Shown here piece after piece: positions 40,248 through 53,400 of a stretch of 55,857 bases of DNA. Numbering within the stretch: the first letter of the stretch is position 1; each line of letters opens with the position of its first letter. The DNA is from Rotaria magnacalcarata (lineage: Eukaryota). Where the stretch lies: positions 105,559-161,415 of the forward strand of contig CBCSLL010000157.1 in NCBI GenBank assembly GCA_965140935.1, given 5' to 3'. The notes below the pieces were generated by a model. The model was not told the DNA's origin and did not search any database. It was given only the letters and a program-made list of their open reading frames with translations. A program made the translations under genes and the position numbers.

Positions 40248-43200
40248 TTAGTCGACTACATGACGATCTGTCAGATCACCAATCAAACCTTGACCAAATC
40301 CGATAAGATTGATGGGATTTCTGCCATCAGTAACAAGCATTGATTGTAGACCAAGAGCTTGCAAAAGTTTGACTTGAGTCTCAGGACCTGACATAGCGAT
40401 ACTTTGAATAGTCGAAGCGCCAATTGATTCAACTTGTAATTTGAATTTTTCAGTTTCTATTTGAGACAACGCTGCTTTTTTTCTTATCTCTAATTCATTC
40501 TGTTCGCGTAGAAATTTGATTTCATTTTCATGTGCTAATTTCAAACGAGTCGATTCGGCTTCAGCTTCGATTGTAATTGTTTTAGCTTTGAGACAAGCTA
40601 AAATTTATAGAAAAAACAGAATGATTTTTCATAATTGAGACTCAACAATTCTATACCTAGTTCAACGGCTGCTATGCCTTCAATACGTTTCGATTCAGCA
40701 CGACTAAAAGCTTCTGCTTTGCTTTGACCAGCCGATTCGACCACCGCTGATTGAGCTTTTAATTCAAGTAGTTGTTATCGAATCTCTTCCGCTTCTGCTT
40801 CATCTTTGATACGCTGTCTTTCTAAAACTCCTTTCGCTTCTTGTTCACGACGTGAAGCTTCGTGCTGAGCAGCAGCTTCTTGCGAATTTGTTGTTATCTA
40901 AAATAGAAAACGTTGTTCGTATTTGAATCAGAACAAAAATTGAATGTCATACTTCAATAGCAAGTTGCACACTTTTCTGTAATGCATCACGTGTATGTTG
41001 ATCGACAGGTTCAACACTTTGAATATCGATCGACGTAATGGCAAGGTTATTTTGTGGAAAAATTATTCGATCACATACACATTGATGTGCGTCAAGACCG
41101 AATACAGATTCACGAATGATGTGTGCGGAATTCTTGTGAAAATTATCAAAGTGAGTACCAGCTACTGCACCACGAATACGCGAAGCGATTGCTTTGCATG
41201 TATCTCCAACAAAATCGGGTACAGAAAAAAGCTTTGCCACTTCTTTCTCATCGTTTATATCTTTCACTTCAAAGTGCCAATCTAGGAAATACAGAATAAT
41301 CAATGATACATAGATATATATTTGTGTGCATTTGCTATGCTTTGACTTACTATAGGCAAGTTTAATCGAGAGACGAGCATGATCGGCTGTCTCAATGACG
41401 ATGATATCAGTGAAAAAATTCGGGCCGAGCAGTAAACAAAGGGAGTTTACTTGATTTGGTTTTTTGGGTATACCACCACTTAAAGAGATCATTGTAAAAT
41501 GTTCATCAGGTTCAAGCAACACAAGTTCTGGACCGAAGACAATACGCGTTTTTTTCACTTTGTAATCATAGATTTGTACGGCTGCATTATGTGGAACACG
41601 ATAAGTGATCAATCGCCATTTGTCACGTTTAATCGCATTTGATTTCGAACTATTCAATTGACTATCAGAAGTGGCAAGCATTGTTGACACATTGCTCATC
41701 GAAGTTGAGTCACGCATCGCAGAATAACGATCAGTCAATGGATCACGCGTTAGTAAATATTCGATCTTTTCGGGTAATTCTTTTTTCCAAAGTTCTTCAT
41801 CTTCTGTTAACATATAGGTTACACCAATGATTGATTGAACTCGACCAGTTTTAATATTACGAACATATATGCCTTCGTTTTCATCTAGTGGAATTGCTTT
41901 TGGTCGAGTAATAACTTCCACTTGAGTAGGTGGAATATATTCACTAAGTGTTCAAATAAAAACATCGATTTATTGAAAATAGCATTTAATAAAAATAAAA
42001 TTAACATACATAGGTCCTCGAACAATCCATCGATCACCTGCGACACGTACTTTTTTTGCGTGTTCGTCATTGAATGTTTCATTGCATTTAATGGTAATAC
42101 CTTCGTCTTCACCCAAAACAAACACATTTTGAATACCATTCAAAAGTTTTTCACCTGGTTGAAGAAAGAAAGATGATTCGCCACAGATCATTTTCTACGC
42201 GAAGAAAAAATACATATTATTTTATAGTTATTTAGTTCATAAAGAAAAGTATTTACTTTTTGCCCGAGTTGTGATTTACCATTAATCGATGGATCCATAA
42301 TAATGCAATATTCTCGTGAATTGAGTATGATTGGATCGACATCAGCAATGAGTTCTTCGTATACATTGAGGATATGTGACTCGGCATCAATATGTGTCAC
42401 AAGCCATTCTTCTCCATTCAAACGCATTTTACCGAAATCATCAGTAAAAGTTTTAAGAGCCCTAAGATGAAGTGCTTTCTTATCGGTTAATGCATAGGCT
42501 TTGTGAATCAATACAACTGTTTCCTATCGAATCAAAATAGTAGATCGGTAACAAGAAAAGCAAGAGACGAGACAATTTACATAGGCAAGCGGTAAGTAAG
42601 CGCCGGCCTTTTTGATTAACCACTCTTCTCCTGTGACACGAAGTTGGTTTGATCGATCAATAAGTTCTTTTTTTGCACGAAGTCGAATCGCTTGATTTGG
42701 ACCAATAATAGTTGCTTGAATTTGTTCTTCCACATTGATTTCTTTTCGAGGAATATAAGTAGCTGGACCTTCGAACATCCATTCATCACCGGCTCTTCGT
42801 CGTTCTTTATGAGAATCCTCAAAATCAAGTACAGCTTTTAATCGCAGTGCTGCATTAGCTGGAACAATAGTAATTGCTGTAACAGGCTATACATACGAGT
42901 TTATAATAGCAAATAGTGTATTTGAAAATTTTAAACCTGACGAAGAATCTCTCCTGGATAAAGAGGAAATGGAGTTTGATCAGGTCGTGATAGATGAATC
43001 TCGAAATCGGCATGAGCCAATTTCACTTGACCATTCTGGTCAAATTCAACTTCACCATCTTTGCTGCGTACCACTGGTGATTCGACAATACAATAATGCA
43101 ACAGGCTACAACCATGAAAGCAATATTTTACTTTTATTTTCTCATTTTTAAAATAGTCAGTCACTCACGGAATGATGATCATTTTCTCTGGACCCATCGT

Positions 43201-43362
43201 AACTGTTTCATTGTCTTGCTTAATAAAAGTCTTCGGTCCGACTTCAAGACGTGTAACATTGGTGTTCTGATCTAATACATGTATATAATGACAAGGTGGG
43301 ATTCGATAAACAGGTTCTGCGGTATCTTTTTGGCTAGTCGTTTCTGATGAAACTAAGCTCAT
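40248..43362 (-). CDS. MVP: Major vault protein (MVP), 9 exons, about 868 codons. Approximate exons: 43169-43362, 42937-43105, 42581-42886, 42257-42523, 42010-42194, 41351-41943, 40953-41281, 40657-40897 and 40248-40598. Exon 8 contains an in-frame TAA at 40775-40777.
   Basis: Strong collinear similarity to vertebrate MVP from N to C terminus. Examples are [188 protein letters not shown] and the C-terminal ...[17 protein letters not shown]. Introns are 50-69 bp. The TAA aligns to a Lys codon of human MVP (RKELLELEA). Confidence 0.85.
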
Positions 43363-43653
43363 ATTTAATTTTTTCTGTGTATGTATGCGTATGTGCAAGG
43401 AAATGTTTTCGTATGTAAATGGAAGAATGAAAGCATTAAGAAATGAAGCTATAATATACTCCCCAAGTAAGTTTGTCCCACTGCATTGGGAAGGGAAGAA
43501 AGATGAATAATTATTGTTCATTCGCTTCTGGTTCTTGCACAATAGTAACCTTTTCTTTTGTCTCAAAAGATGTTGAAACGAAAGGTAAACTACTCTAAAT
43601 AATGCATTGGTAAAAATCCAGGGTTAAAAAAAGAAATTTCAAGCAAGAGTGTA

Positions 43654-43886
43654 CACTGTAAAAAAAGGGTTTATGAAAGTACAACGTGTCACATATCCTT
43701 TTTTTTCGTTTTTGAAAAATCTGATAAACTCTTTTTCTAAATCATAAACCTAAAATCCGTTTATTATCTTCGTCATATACGAAAAAAGGGTTTATGATAC
43801 GTTGTACTTTCATAAACGCTTTTTTGCTAAATACCCTATCAAAAACGTTTTTTCCGTTTATTATTCTGCAGATATTTTTTACAGTG
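43654..43886. mobile_element. Foldback MITE of about 233 bp. The terminal inverted repeats are CACTGTAAAAAA, and internal gggtttatga repeats are present.
   Basis: cactgtaaaaaaagggtttatgaaagtacaacg ... cgttgtactttcataaacgc ... ttttttacagtg. The termini resemble Tc1/mariner-like TACAGTG ends, but no clean TA TSD could be confirmed. Confidence 0.5.
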
Positions 43887-46493
43887 CAGTCGTTGTAAAA
43901 TATTAGACTACAGAACATGGTTACAATTATATTGCTACGAGAAAAAGTTGCGTCTCAATGCTATGGAGATACATAGTATGTCAAACAAGAAGTTGCTCTA
44001 CAATAATACATCGTAATTATATGCTCTGTTTGCAATGTTACAGAGTCGTATCATATCATATCAAAAGGAATATAATGAAAGTGAATCTACTCAGATTCTA
44101 TATTCGACTAGGCTGTTAAAGAGAATCTCAATTTCATTTTATGCATTCATTCATGCTAAAATACACCTAGAACCTTATGATTCGTATTGTACTACACGTT
44201 GAGCCTGTTTGAGTTTAAAATCGTTTTCCAAATTACAAGAGATCATCCAAACCATCTTTTGTATGTAAAATTATTTAATAGTATTTATCTTGAGCAAGTC
44301 TTTTTGTTTTGAATCAAATACAAGCAAACTATTATAGAGGAAGATTCAAAGATGATCACAATATCTCTTTCAATTAGTTTTTGTTAGCAGTCCACCTATT
44401 CAAAATGTTTAAGTAAAAACTGCAACAATGCACTCATCATGAAAATAATGTACTCAAAATGTCAATTAATTAAATAATTAAAACGATTTTTCGTGAAGAT
44501 CTTTAAAAACAGTCAATTATTCTAGAAAATATAACTGAAAAATATTCAACGAGACGAAAGAACTTCTTAAAGAACTGAATCTATTACTGATGTTACTGAA
44601 TAGCAATGATGACACAATCTTTCTAATCAATTAAATTAAAATAGTGTCCACAGAATCTATCATGTATCTTGATCATGAAAAACAATTACGAAGATAATAT
44701 CGCTTCGAAATTATCACTCATACAATTTCTTGTTTTAATTAAAATCATCGAAGAATTTATGATATAAATTTTTATTGTCTATAACAAAGTACATTCTCCA
44801 TAGCAATGCTCTAGCAATGATTCTATCTTTCTTTTTATTTTTCAATCGATTCGTGAATGAAAAATGACACATTTTGTTTTTGATTCTTTTAGTTATATCC
44901 ATTGACACATACATTTTAGAAAATGGAAAAGTCTCTTTGAAATGCTTAAAACTAGTGATGTACATATTGTAGAATATGATAATAATCATCTTCTCGTAGT
45001 GCAAAAATGAGCAATAATATAAGATAAACTGGAAATCGATCACCAAGTCATATTGATCTGATATTACTAAAAATATAGCAGTTGTTTTTCTAACCATACT
45101 TTTCAGTCAGTATTTCCTTTCAATTCTAGCAATGTAACTATGCATCTATTCTAATAAGATCCGTAGGGAATTATGAGTAATTTTCATGCAGTGTTCATCC
45201 TCTTCAAAGCGATATACTGTAACAGCATGTGAATTTGCAGCATCTATTCAAGATATACAAGCATCATCCACATTGATAAGACAAAAACTTGATTAATTAG
45301 TTGAAGATTTTAGTTCAGCTATCGCAAAGCAAAATACTATTGAAGACTTAAGATATCATGATAAAATGTATATTTGAATTTATGGTATTTCTAAAGCAGT
45401 AATAAATGTACTTAATTAAATCAACGTACATGAATGATCAAGATATTATAATTTACTCGTCGTATTGGTATCTACAAGGTTTTCTGTTGCTGATATCACT
45501 AAAAATGTATAAAATACTCGTTGATTCGAAATACATCGGGATTCAATGCTAAATACAGCTAATATTCCTTGAAATGACTTACAAGATCAGGAATTATATC
45601 GAGATAATAAGCAAAACTCGTCAATAACCAAACCTACTCATAAATTTAAACTACGAGATAATAATGTTGCTATGGTCAGAAAAAATAAGAATTTACTCTG
45701 TTATAATAAAAACAATTTTCATGTACTGTCATTTTTTATTGGTAGAAAGAAAAAAGTTTTCACGCACTTATTGATTGATAGCAATGAGCTTTGAGTATGT
45801 TTATTAGAGTGCTCTCCATCTTTAACGTATAATCTACAGGCTATCATGTTTTTTATTCGTTAATTTTAAGAAAAATCATATTTTATAAAGACTAAAGTTA
45901 TAGAAAGTGATGTCTAATAGAAATATTTCACTGTTCGAGTTGACACATTTTTTAAACGTTAATTTCAATCAGTTAAAATAGTTTCTTTTCGGTGTGTATT
46001 TGTTCGAGCAATTTTATAATATAAAATGTGGCATAGATAACTCATTAAATAGCAGCAATCATTTCATATGGATGTGGATGTACGTAGATGGCTCTTCTTT
46101 CGAGTCACATCGACACTCACACCCGCATCCTATAAAGCTTATCTCTTATCTAAGTGAATTATTGCTCAACTAAATAGAAGTCTATTTTTTCCACTAAAAA
46201 ACTGAGTGAATCCTAATTTAAGGTTTTATTTTAAAGAAAGCCAAACAATAGTTACAAATGTTTTATATCTTTACTGGAGTCTTATCTAATTATTTATAGT
46301 AACAAATAGACACAAATGTTGTCTTTCTTTTCTTCTTTTTTATCAAGCTTGATAACCATCGAATAACCAATGTAAACATTCTTTCCTTTACATATTATGA
46401 AATAATTTAAGTATGTTATACATTTGAAAGTATCATATTCGCTTTTGATCTACTCCAAGTTGTTGCAAAAGTCGCACACGAAATAAAATCTTT

Positions 46494-47534
46494 TTGAAAA
46501 ATAACATACAGACAATCATGGCAAACGAAGAGAATATCTTGCCTACACAAATAATAGTAGGTGTAGTTGGTATAGGACTCATGGGCTCTAGTATTACTAC
46601 TTGTCTCTTAATAGCTGGTCATCAAGTTATAGCAGTCGCTCCAATTCCAATCGATCTTGAAACTGCTGAAACTCGTATTCATGAACATCTCGTTCGATCA
46701 TTTGAACAAGAAATATGTTTAGAAAAGCCAGTTTATTACTTAAAAAATTTGACTATTACCGAAGATTATAATTGTCTTAAAGATACTTCCTTAGTTATTG
46801 AATGTACTCTTGAAGATATTACAATCAAAAAACAAGTGTATAAAAATATTGAAAATGTCGTATCGAATGAAACTATCATTACAAGTAATACATCAGCCAT
46901 TCCCATTAGTCTTCTGCAAGAAGAGGCTTGTATACCGAGTCGATTTTTTGGATTACACTGGGCTGAGCCATCTCATACAACACGATTTTTAGAAATTATT
47001 TGTGGTAACAAAAGTGATCAGCAGAAAGCTGAATGGTTATATCAACTTTCACATCATTGGGCTAAAGAACCAACACTCGTAAGAAAAGATATTCGTGGCT
47101 TTATCACCAATCGTCTTATGTATGCTTTATATCGAGAAGCGTTTTATCTAGTCGAAAATGGATATGCTACTGTTGATGATGTTGATCGAGCATGTCGCAA
47201 TAATGCTGGTTATTGGATGACATTTGTTGGTTGCTTTCGATGGATGGATCTTACAGGTATTCCAGCTTATCATGCTGTTATGCGAGATTTATTGCCTACG
47301 CTTTATAATGAAACTGAGATACCGAAACTTATTGATGATATTGTTAAAACAGGTGGAAAAGGTATTCTAAATGGTAATGGTTTCTATAATTATACACCAG
47401 AAGAGGCTCGTTTATGGCGTGAAACTTTTGAAGAGTTTAGTTATGATATTCGACGATTAGCATTGAAATATCCTGTTGATGTTGTCACTAGGAAATTGAA
47501 TGCCCTAGAGAAAAAAAATGAAACTCAAGATTAA
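46494..47534 (+). CDS. 3-hydroxyacyl-CoA dehydrogenase family protein (3-hydroxybutyryl-CoA dehydrogenase-like). Intronless, 346 aa.
   Basis: Rossmann motif VGVVGIGLMGSSI. ITSNTSAI corresponds to the family ILASNTSS. GLHWAEPSHTTRFLEIICG matches GMHFFNP..KLVEV. GFITNRLM matches PGFVVNR. The C-terminal GKGILNGNGFYNY matches GKGFYDY. TAA stop. Confidence 0.8.
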   Translation: MKNNIQTIMANEENILPTQIIVGVVGIGLMGSSITTCLLIAGHQVIAVAPIPIDLETAETRIHEHLVRSFEQEICLEKPVYYLKNLTITEDYNCLKDTSLVIECTLEDITIKKQVYKNIENVVSNETIITSNTSAIPISLLQEEACIPSRFFGLHWAEPSHTTRFLEIICGNKSDQQKAEWLYQLSHHWAKEPTLVRKDIRGFITNRLMYALYREAFYLVENGYATVDDVDRACRNNAGYWMTFVGCFRWMDLTGIPAYHAVMRDLLPTLYNETEIPKLIDDIVKTGGKGILNGNGFYNYTPEEARLWRETFEEFSYDIRRLALKYPVDVVTRKLNALEKKNETQD

Positions 47535-48035
47535 CATAATCGTATTTCTTGACTATATAAAAAGATATTTTCTTTTCACTTATAAATCAAAGTAATTCAA
47601 ATTAAGTTACGTCCTTCAATTGTAATATTCTAGATTTTCTTTTGTATTAAATAAATAATGAAAACGTTACACACAATTATATTTATGCACTTACTCATCT
47701 CATTTCCATATTCACCTAAAGGTAACTTTATGTTAAATATGTATTATTAATCTATTGGTTCACTTAAATCTCAAGACTATTGGTATAATAAAGTTAATTT
47801 TCCAATAGGCCTAATTCTATCTAAATAAAACATTCAAGTAGTTGTTTGCAGTGCGTATATTTTTAGCTTGAAGTATCGGTTAATTATTATATCATTTCAT
47901 TGACTTGTTCTCAAACAAAATTATCTTAAGCACACACATTTATTTGTCATTTATCGATACGAATCTATATTAGCACACAAATATACATTAAAAAGAAAGA
48001 AGCGACAACAAAAAAAAGAACAAAAAACGATGCAC

Positions 48036-50425
48036 TCATCTACAATGACACGCTTCGACAATCATATTAGGTAAACGACGAATAAGATAATTGTAGTCTG
48101 AACTTTTATAGAATACGGTTAAAGATGCATAACGTTCAGGTACACAACCAGCTTTTGGTAGATTTAAATCATTTCTAATGCCTAAACGTTGAAGAAAATA
48201 TTCAAGAAATGCATGATTTGTCATCAACTAAACATACGCGAAGAGAAAAGAAAAGAAAAATACTAAAATTATTTTTCCATCAAATATATTTATACTAACT
48301 TTAGTTTGACATGAACCCGAACATAGATTAGCCATAAAATTTTTTGGTTCAATCATCCATGAAGCAAATCCTAAATCAGAAAAATCGATGACAAAAGGTT
48401 TTACTGAACATGTTTCAGGTTCTAATATTGATATTGAATCATTCCAATTAGAAAGAAATGCATTTGAATCAAGTGTGAATTGTTTTTCTTCAATAAAACG
48501 TCGCAATCTAAATGACAATAGATATATAAAGTAAATTTCAATATTTTTTTTTCTTTTAAAAATGACTAAATAAATACAAACCTGTTTCTCTTATTAACTT
48601 CTTTTTCAAATTGTTCATACGATTGAATATCTTCTTCGAAATTTTTCGGTATAAATTCTTCGAAAACATTTGTTTGTTTTGAATCATTCGAATACATAAT
48701 TAAAAATGGTGTATAAACACTGAATTTTTCTAGTTCAATTATATTTCTTCTTTGATTTTTTGTTGTTACTGTTGGTTTAAACGTTATACCGAAGTATTCA
48801 GATTTTTTTGGCATTGTCAAATAATTAATTTGACGTTGAATAACATCACCTATTGGAAATGATTGCCAACCATAAGAATCAGGTTCTAATTGTATTTGAG
48901 CAGAAAGTGAAGACAGTCGATGTGATGAATAAATTTCATTCAAAGAATATGATATTGGCCAACGTGTGCGGCGTTTATAAAAGTGTAATGAAACAGCATA
49001 AATACTTTCTGTGCGACGAATAACATTTAAATCAAAGACATACATTGTAACATTATCGATTTCAACTAAAATTGAAAGTTTTCTTTTACCAATAGGCTCT
49101 TTCGTGTATTAAACATTAATCATCTCATAAATTAATAAATAGAAAATATGCATTAAAGATGCAAGAAAAGAAATCAGATGATGATGATTTTCTTTTCTTT
49201 TTAATATAAATGAAATGTGTTGTCTCTATGGATTTATGAACAAGATAGCCATTTATCGATTAACTATGTCAGATTTGCAAAATGTTTCGTGACAGACGTC
49301 ACAATGAACTCAAGTTTAATAAAGACGATGTGATACGATCATATTCAACTTTAATAAAAACTAATCTCGAAGATAATCTTGAACGAAGAATGCTCACATA
49401 GTGATTGTTCATATTATATTAAACAATTGATATATATATATAGAGAGAGAGAGAGATGAAATGTCTTTGATCATTTTTTATTCGGTGAACAAATTTCAAC
49501 CGATAAAAATCCAACATGTTATTCTTTCTTTTTTCTTCGATGACTCTACTTAAGATGGTACTTGACTTTGATGAGTATGTCCATTTACTCCTACGAAATT
49601 CGCAATTGTTTATCTATATTATTATTATTATTATTATTACATAGATTACTTAAACTAAACAAGAAAAAGAAACGAGTATCTGTTTTTGTTGTTTAATAGT
49701 TCAATGAGAAATGAAGAAAAAGAAAAAAGATTATGCGACCATAGGTCAACGAGCAGACAACAATTGATCATTATGTACTACGGAAAAGAAATGATCCGCC
49801 CTATTCATTACGTCAAACGGTAGTTAATTCTAAAAAGAATAACGTGTCTATAATTGACATAACTAGCCTAAAAGGAAGAAAAGGAAAAAGAACCATTCAG
49901 TTAGAATCTTTTAATAGCAATACAATGTTTCCTATAACCAATTAGGTTCATTGATTGAATGTGTTTTCATAGATTGCGTGCTACTTTGAACTGATCATGA
50001 AAAACTAACGTGTCTCGTCGTCTGGTTTATTTCATGGAGTATACGTATCGATTTATGAGCATATTCAAAGGGTGTCTAAAAGCACTCAACTTTCTTTTTT
50101 TTTACTTTAATTCTAATCCAATATGACACATTAAACTCATAAAATATGTCTTACCGATACGTGGTACAAGAGCTCGAATAAGATTGTAATCAGATTTTCT
50201 ATCATTTTGTTTTTCTTGTTCAAATAATGTTCTCATATAATCAATTAAAGATGATGAACTTGTATTATTCATTGTATAATAACGATTTGTTGTAGGCAAC
50301 GATGAAGGTTGATCTTCATTATATTTTAATATATTTGATTTTGATGGAACATCAAGAAGAACAAACAAATGACAAACTTGTACAATAATTAAAATAATCA
50401 AATACTGAATTGTTAACATGATCAT
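48036..50425 (-). CDS. TGF-beta superfamily ligand (BMP/GDF/activin-like precursor), 4 exons. Approximate exons: 50155-50425, 48582-49065, 48300-48507 and 48036-48227. The first intron is about 1.1 kb.
   Basis: Exon 1 (MIMLTIQYLIILIIVQVCHLFVL) is a signal peptide and ends at a GTAAGA donor. The prodomain is exon 2. The dibasic cleavage site is KRNRLRR. The mature domain reads CSVKPFVIDFSDLGFASWMIEPKNFMANLCSGSC...LMTNHAFLEYFLQRL...KAGCVPERYASLTVFY...NMIVEACHCR, the cystine-knot pattern. TGA stop. Confidence 0.75.
49617..49641. repeat. (ATT)n microsatellite. A (TA)n(GA)n compound microsatellite also lies at 49431-49456.
   Basis: Direct reading. Confidence 0.9.
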
Positions 50426-53400
50426 ATTTCAATATCTATAATTACATCTAAAACGATCGATGTGTTAAAGAAAAATATTTGATTGAAAATAAAATAACAC
50501 ATCTTCATTAGTTCTTAATGTATTCAAGCTATTGATAGATTCAATCGAAAGAAAAAAGCAAAAAGTTTATTATTTTATTATGAGAAAGTTCTATTTTAAG
50601 CTACGGATCATCACAGTGAGATGACAATACTCTCCTATAAGCTTCTCTACTTTTCAAAAAAAGATCAATCTATACTTATCAACTTACAAGGTTGATAGGT
50701 TATAATGTCTGCTATTTAAATATGTGTCTTTAATCATGAAGAAAATTTTCTTTCTTATTTGTAAAATGGAAACCTGATCAAAACGAACAATTTAAAAATT
50801 GATCGAAAACAAATTATTCTCCTGTTGAATACCCACTTCCGTGCTTGTTCATTAAACCGGCAAGACGATCAATGAATGAATGAATAAATAAATGAAGAAT
50901 GCTTTTTTTTCTTCTCTCTTTCTTCTCGCCGTCGTCCTCTTCTCTCCTCCCTGTTTCGCGCTCTCTCTTTATTTCTTTTTCTGAATGAGCGAACAGAATC
51001 GGTTAATAGTCTAATGGCTTTCTTTCACCATTGACTGATGGTGAACAGGCGCAATGATGAGGAGAGATGGTGGGTAGTACTATGTGTCGTGATCGATGGC
51101 ACGCCTCTACTTCATTTACCTGGACGGTGGGTTGGACTCACTCATTTTTTCTTCTTATTCTGTCTATATTGCGTCATTTTTTTTCTTTTTGATTTGATAT
51201 TAATGAACAGAAAGAAAAAGCTGATATGACTCGAGCCATTGGAAGGACAACGATAGTAACGCTTGCAAGTATAATTCAGGGATATCGAGATAAAGCGTGT
51301 CATAAGGATAGACGAAATGAAGAGAAAAATATATTCGATGACTATCGAAACACTAAAACAATATTGTAGAAGCATTTTTTATTGATGCTTAGGCCAGACA
51401 ATGTTTTTATTAAATGAAACAAGAATCGTTACACTTTACGAGGTCTTATGAAAGCGAACGAAAAGTCATGTATTGATACTAAAACAATTCATTTATTTCT
51501 TTAGAAGAAACACTTCATTCATATGAAATCGAACTATTTGAAAAGATGCTTTCGAACTACAGAGATAGAATTCAATCAGAAATACTTGAAACAATATGAT
51601 ATGTACCAAAGGAAACTCAAGAAGGCAATCAGCATCCTATTTCGTCGACTTGTATTTATTAGTATACAAAGAATAGTGCACACGATGCGAATTTGACGAT
51701 ATTTTAATTTATATCTTAGCTTGACAGATATGTTATATGCACGTGCTATCAAGCGTATACAAATCAGAAGATGAGACTCTTTGTTTTATTCGGTTCTACA
51801 TTAAAAGGAATAAAATCATGTTTGGTTACAACGCAATCAAAAGTAAACTTTAGTATAGAAGAAAAGTTATATTGATAAATTAGATCCTAAGATGGTCTCG
51901 TTTCTTTTTTGTGATTGCATATTTGTTTATTAGCTGTTAAAATTCTTGACAACGGTTTGTTATAAAACATTGAACAGTCACAAATTTTTACAAGCACGAT
52001 GCATCGAAAGGTCATTTCTAGGACTGCACAGTTTTGTTTAATAATCTCATGAGCAACAAGAAAAGCATCTTAGTTTGATATAGATCTCGTTTTGAAAATA
52101 TTTATTTATCGTTCTTTGTTTAAAAATATATTTTCTTTCATAAATAAAAATTTTCAAATTGTTATACAGCCTGAAATTTTTCGTGAAAAATAAGTTACAA
52201 AAAGTTTATATGCAATATTCGATAATGATCAATATAGCATGTCGTACGCTTATCTCATGATTAATGTTAAAATCATCTTATATATATACATAACATGTAT
52301 ACCCGTAAGCGCATTTAAAATCTGATAAATGAGGAGAATCCAAGGAGAAAACAGCTGAAGTTGATTTTTATTGATAGCACTGATTTTCTATTAAAACATT
52401 GATAGTAAGCACTTACTTTTCTTTTTACTTTCTTTCAGCTTCAAATAAAAAAATCGCTAAGGAAATTCAAAAAATAATTGAATCTATCGCATTTTGTAAT
52501 AATTAGGATGTAGTTTATTATTCTCAAACACTTAAATCGTCTTCTATTAACAAAAAAGTTCTATTTACTGACTGAAACTGTATGAAAACACTTAAAATCA
52601 AGGCATCGAATTTTATTACCTGCGTTTTTTAAATCAATGTTTTTTTTTAATATAAAATTCCTGATAAATATTAAAAAAAAAAACTTGCAGCCACATCGAT
52701 TGACGAATATATATATACACTAATTTGTTTATGTAAATATATTATACGACCTTGTATTGTGTTATTATTCTTTTGAAGATTTATTTGAGTATACTACTAA
52801 TGACAAAATCCTTGTGAATCTTGTTTGTAATATAAAATATAGTTTATGATTAAAACAAATTTTCGTAGATAGATTCGCATACAGTATAGATAAAAATCAA
52901 AAGATGAACATACGACGTGTTCATACACTTCTTAAGTTTTTATTGGTATACCCTTGTATAAAATTTGCTAATACGTCATGTGATTCCTCATCAACTGCAT
53001 GATTTAGTTCATGTTATAAATTTCGAATTCTCTTTTCTAATTGTATATTTCATAAGATGCTATAAACTAACATATAAACGCTGAAATAAGGACAATAGCC
53101 TGGTCATTGACATAATAGAATGCATTAAATGCTCAGTTAGTTGATGTAGTCGGTGAAGCATCGAATAACCTATTCCGAAAGATTATTTACAGGTGTATTA
53201 ATAAAGCTCCAAAGAGTCTATCGGTACTCAGCATCTTAATATTAAATTTTTCTTTTTCTCATTAGTGTCGATTTTCTGACTGTTATCATTTGTATCTATT
53301 TGAATTGGTTCCTAGTAAAACTTATATTTCATATCGAAAAAGAATCCATAACTAATTTGTGGTTTATAAACACAACTGACTATTCATTGATTGCTAAACA

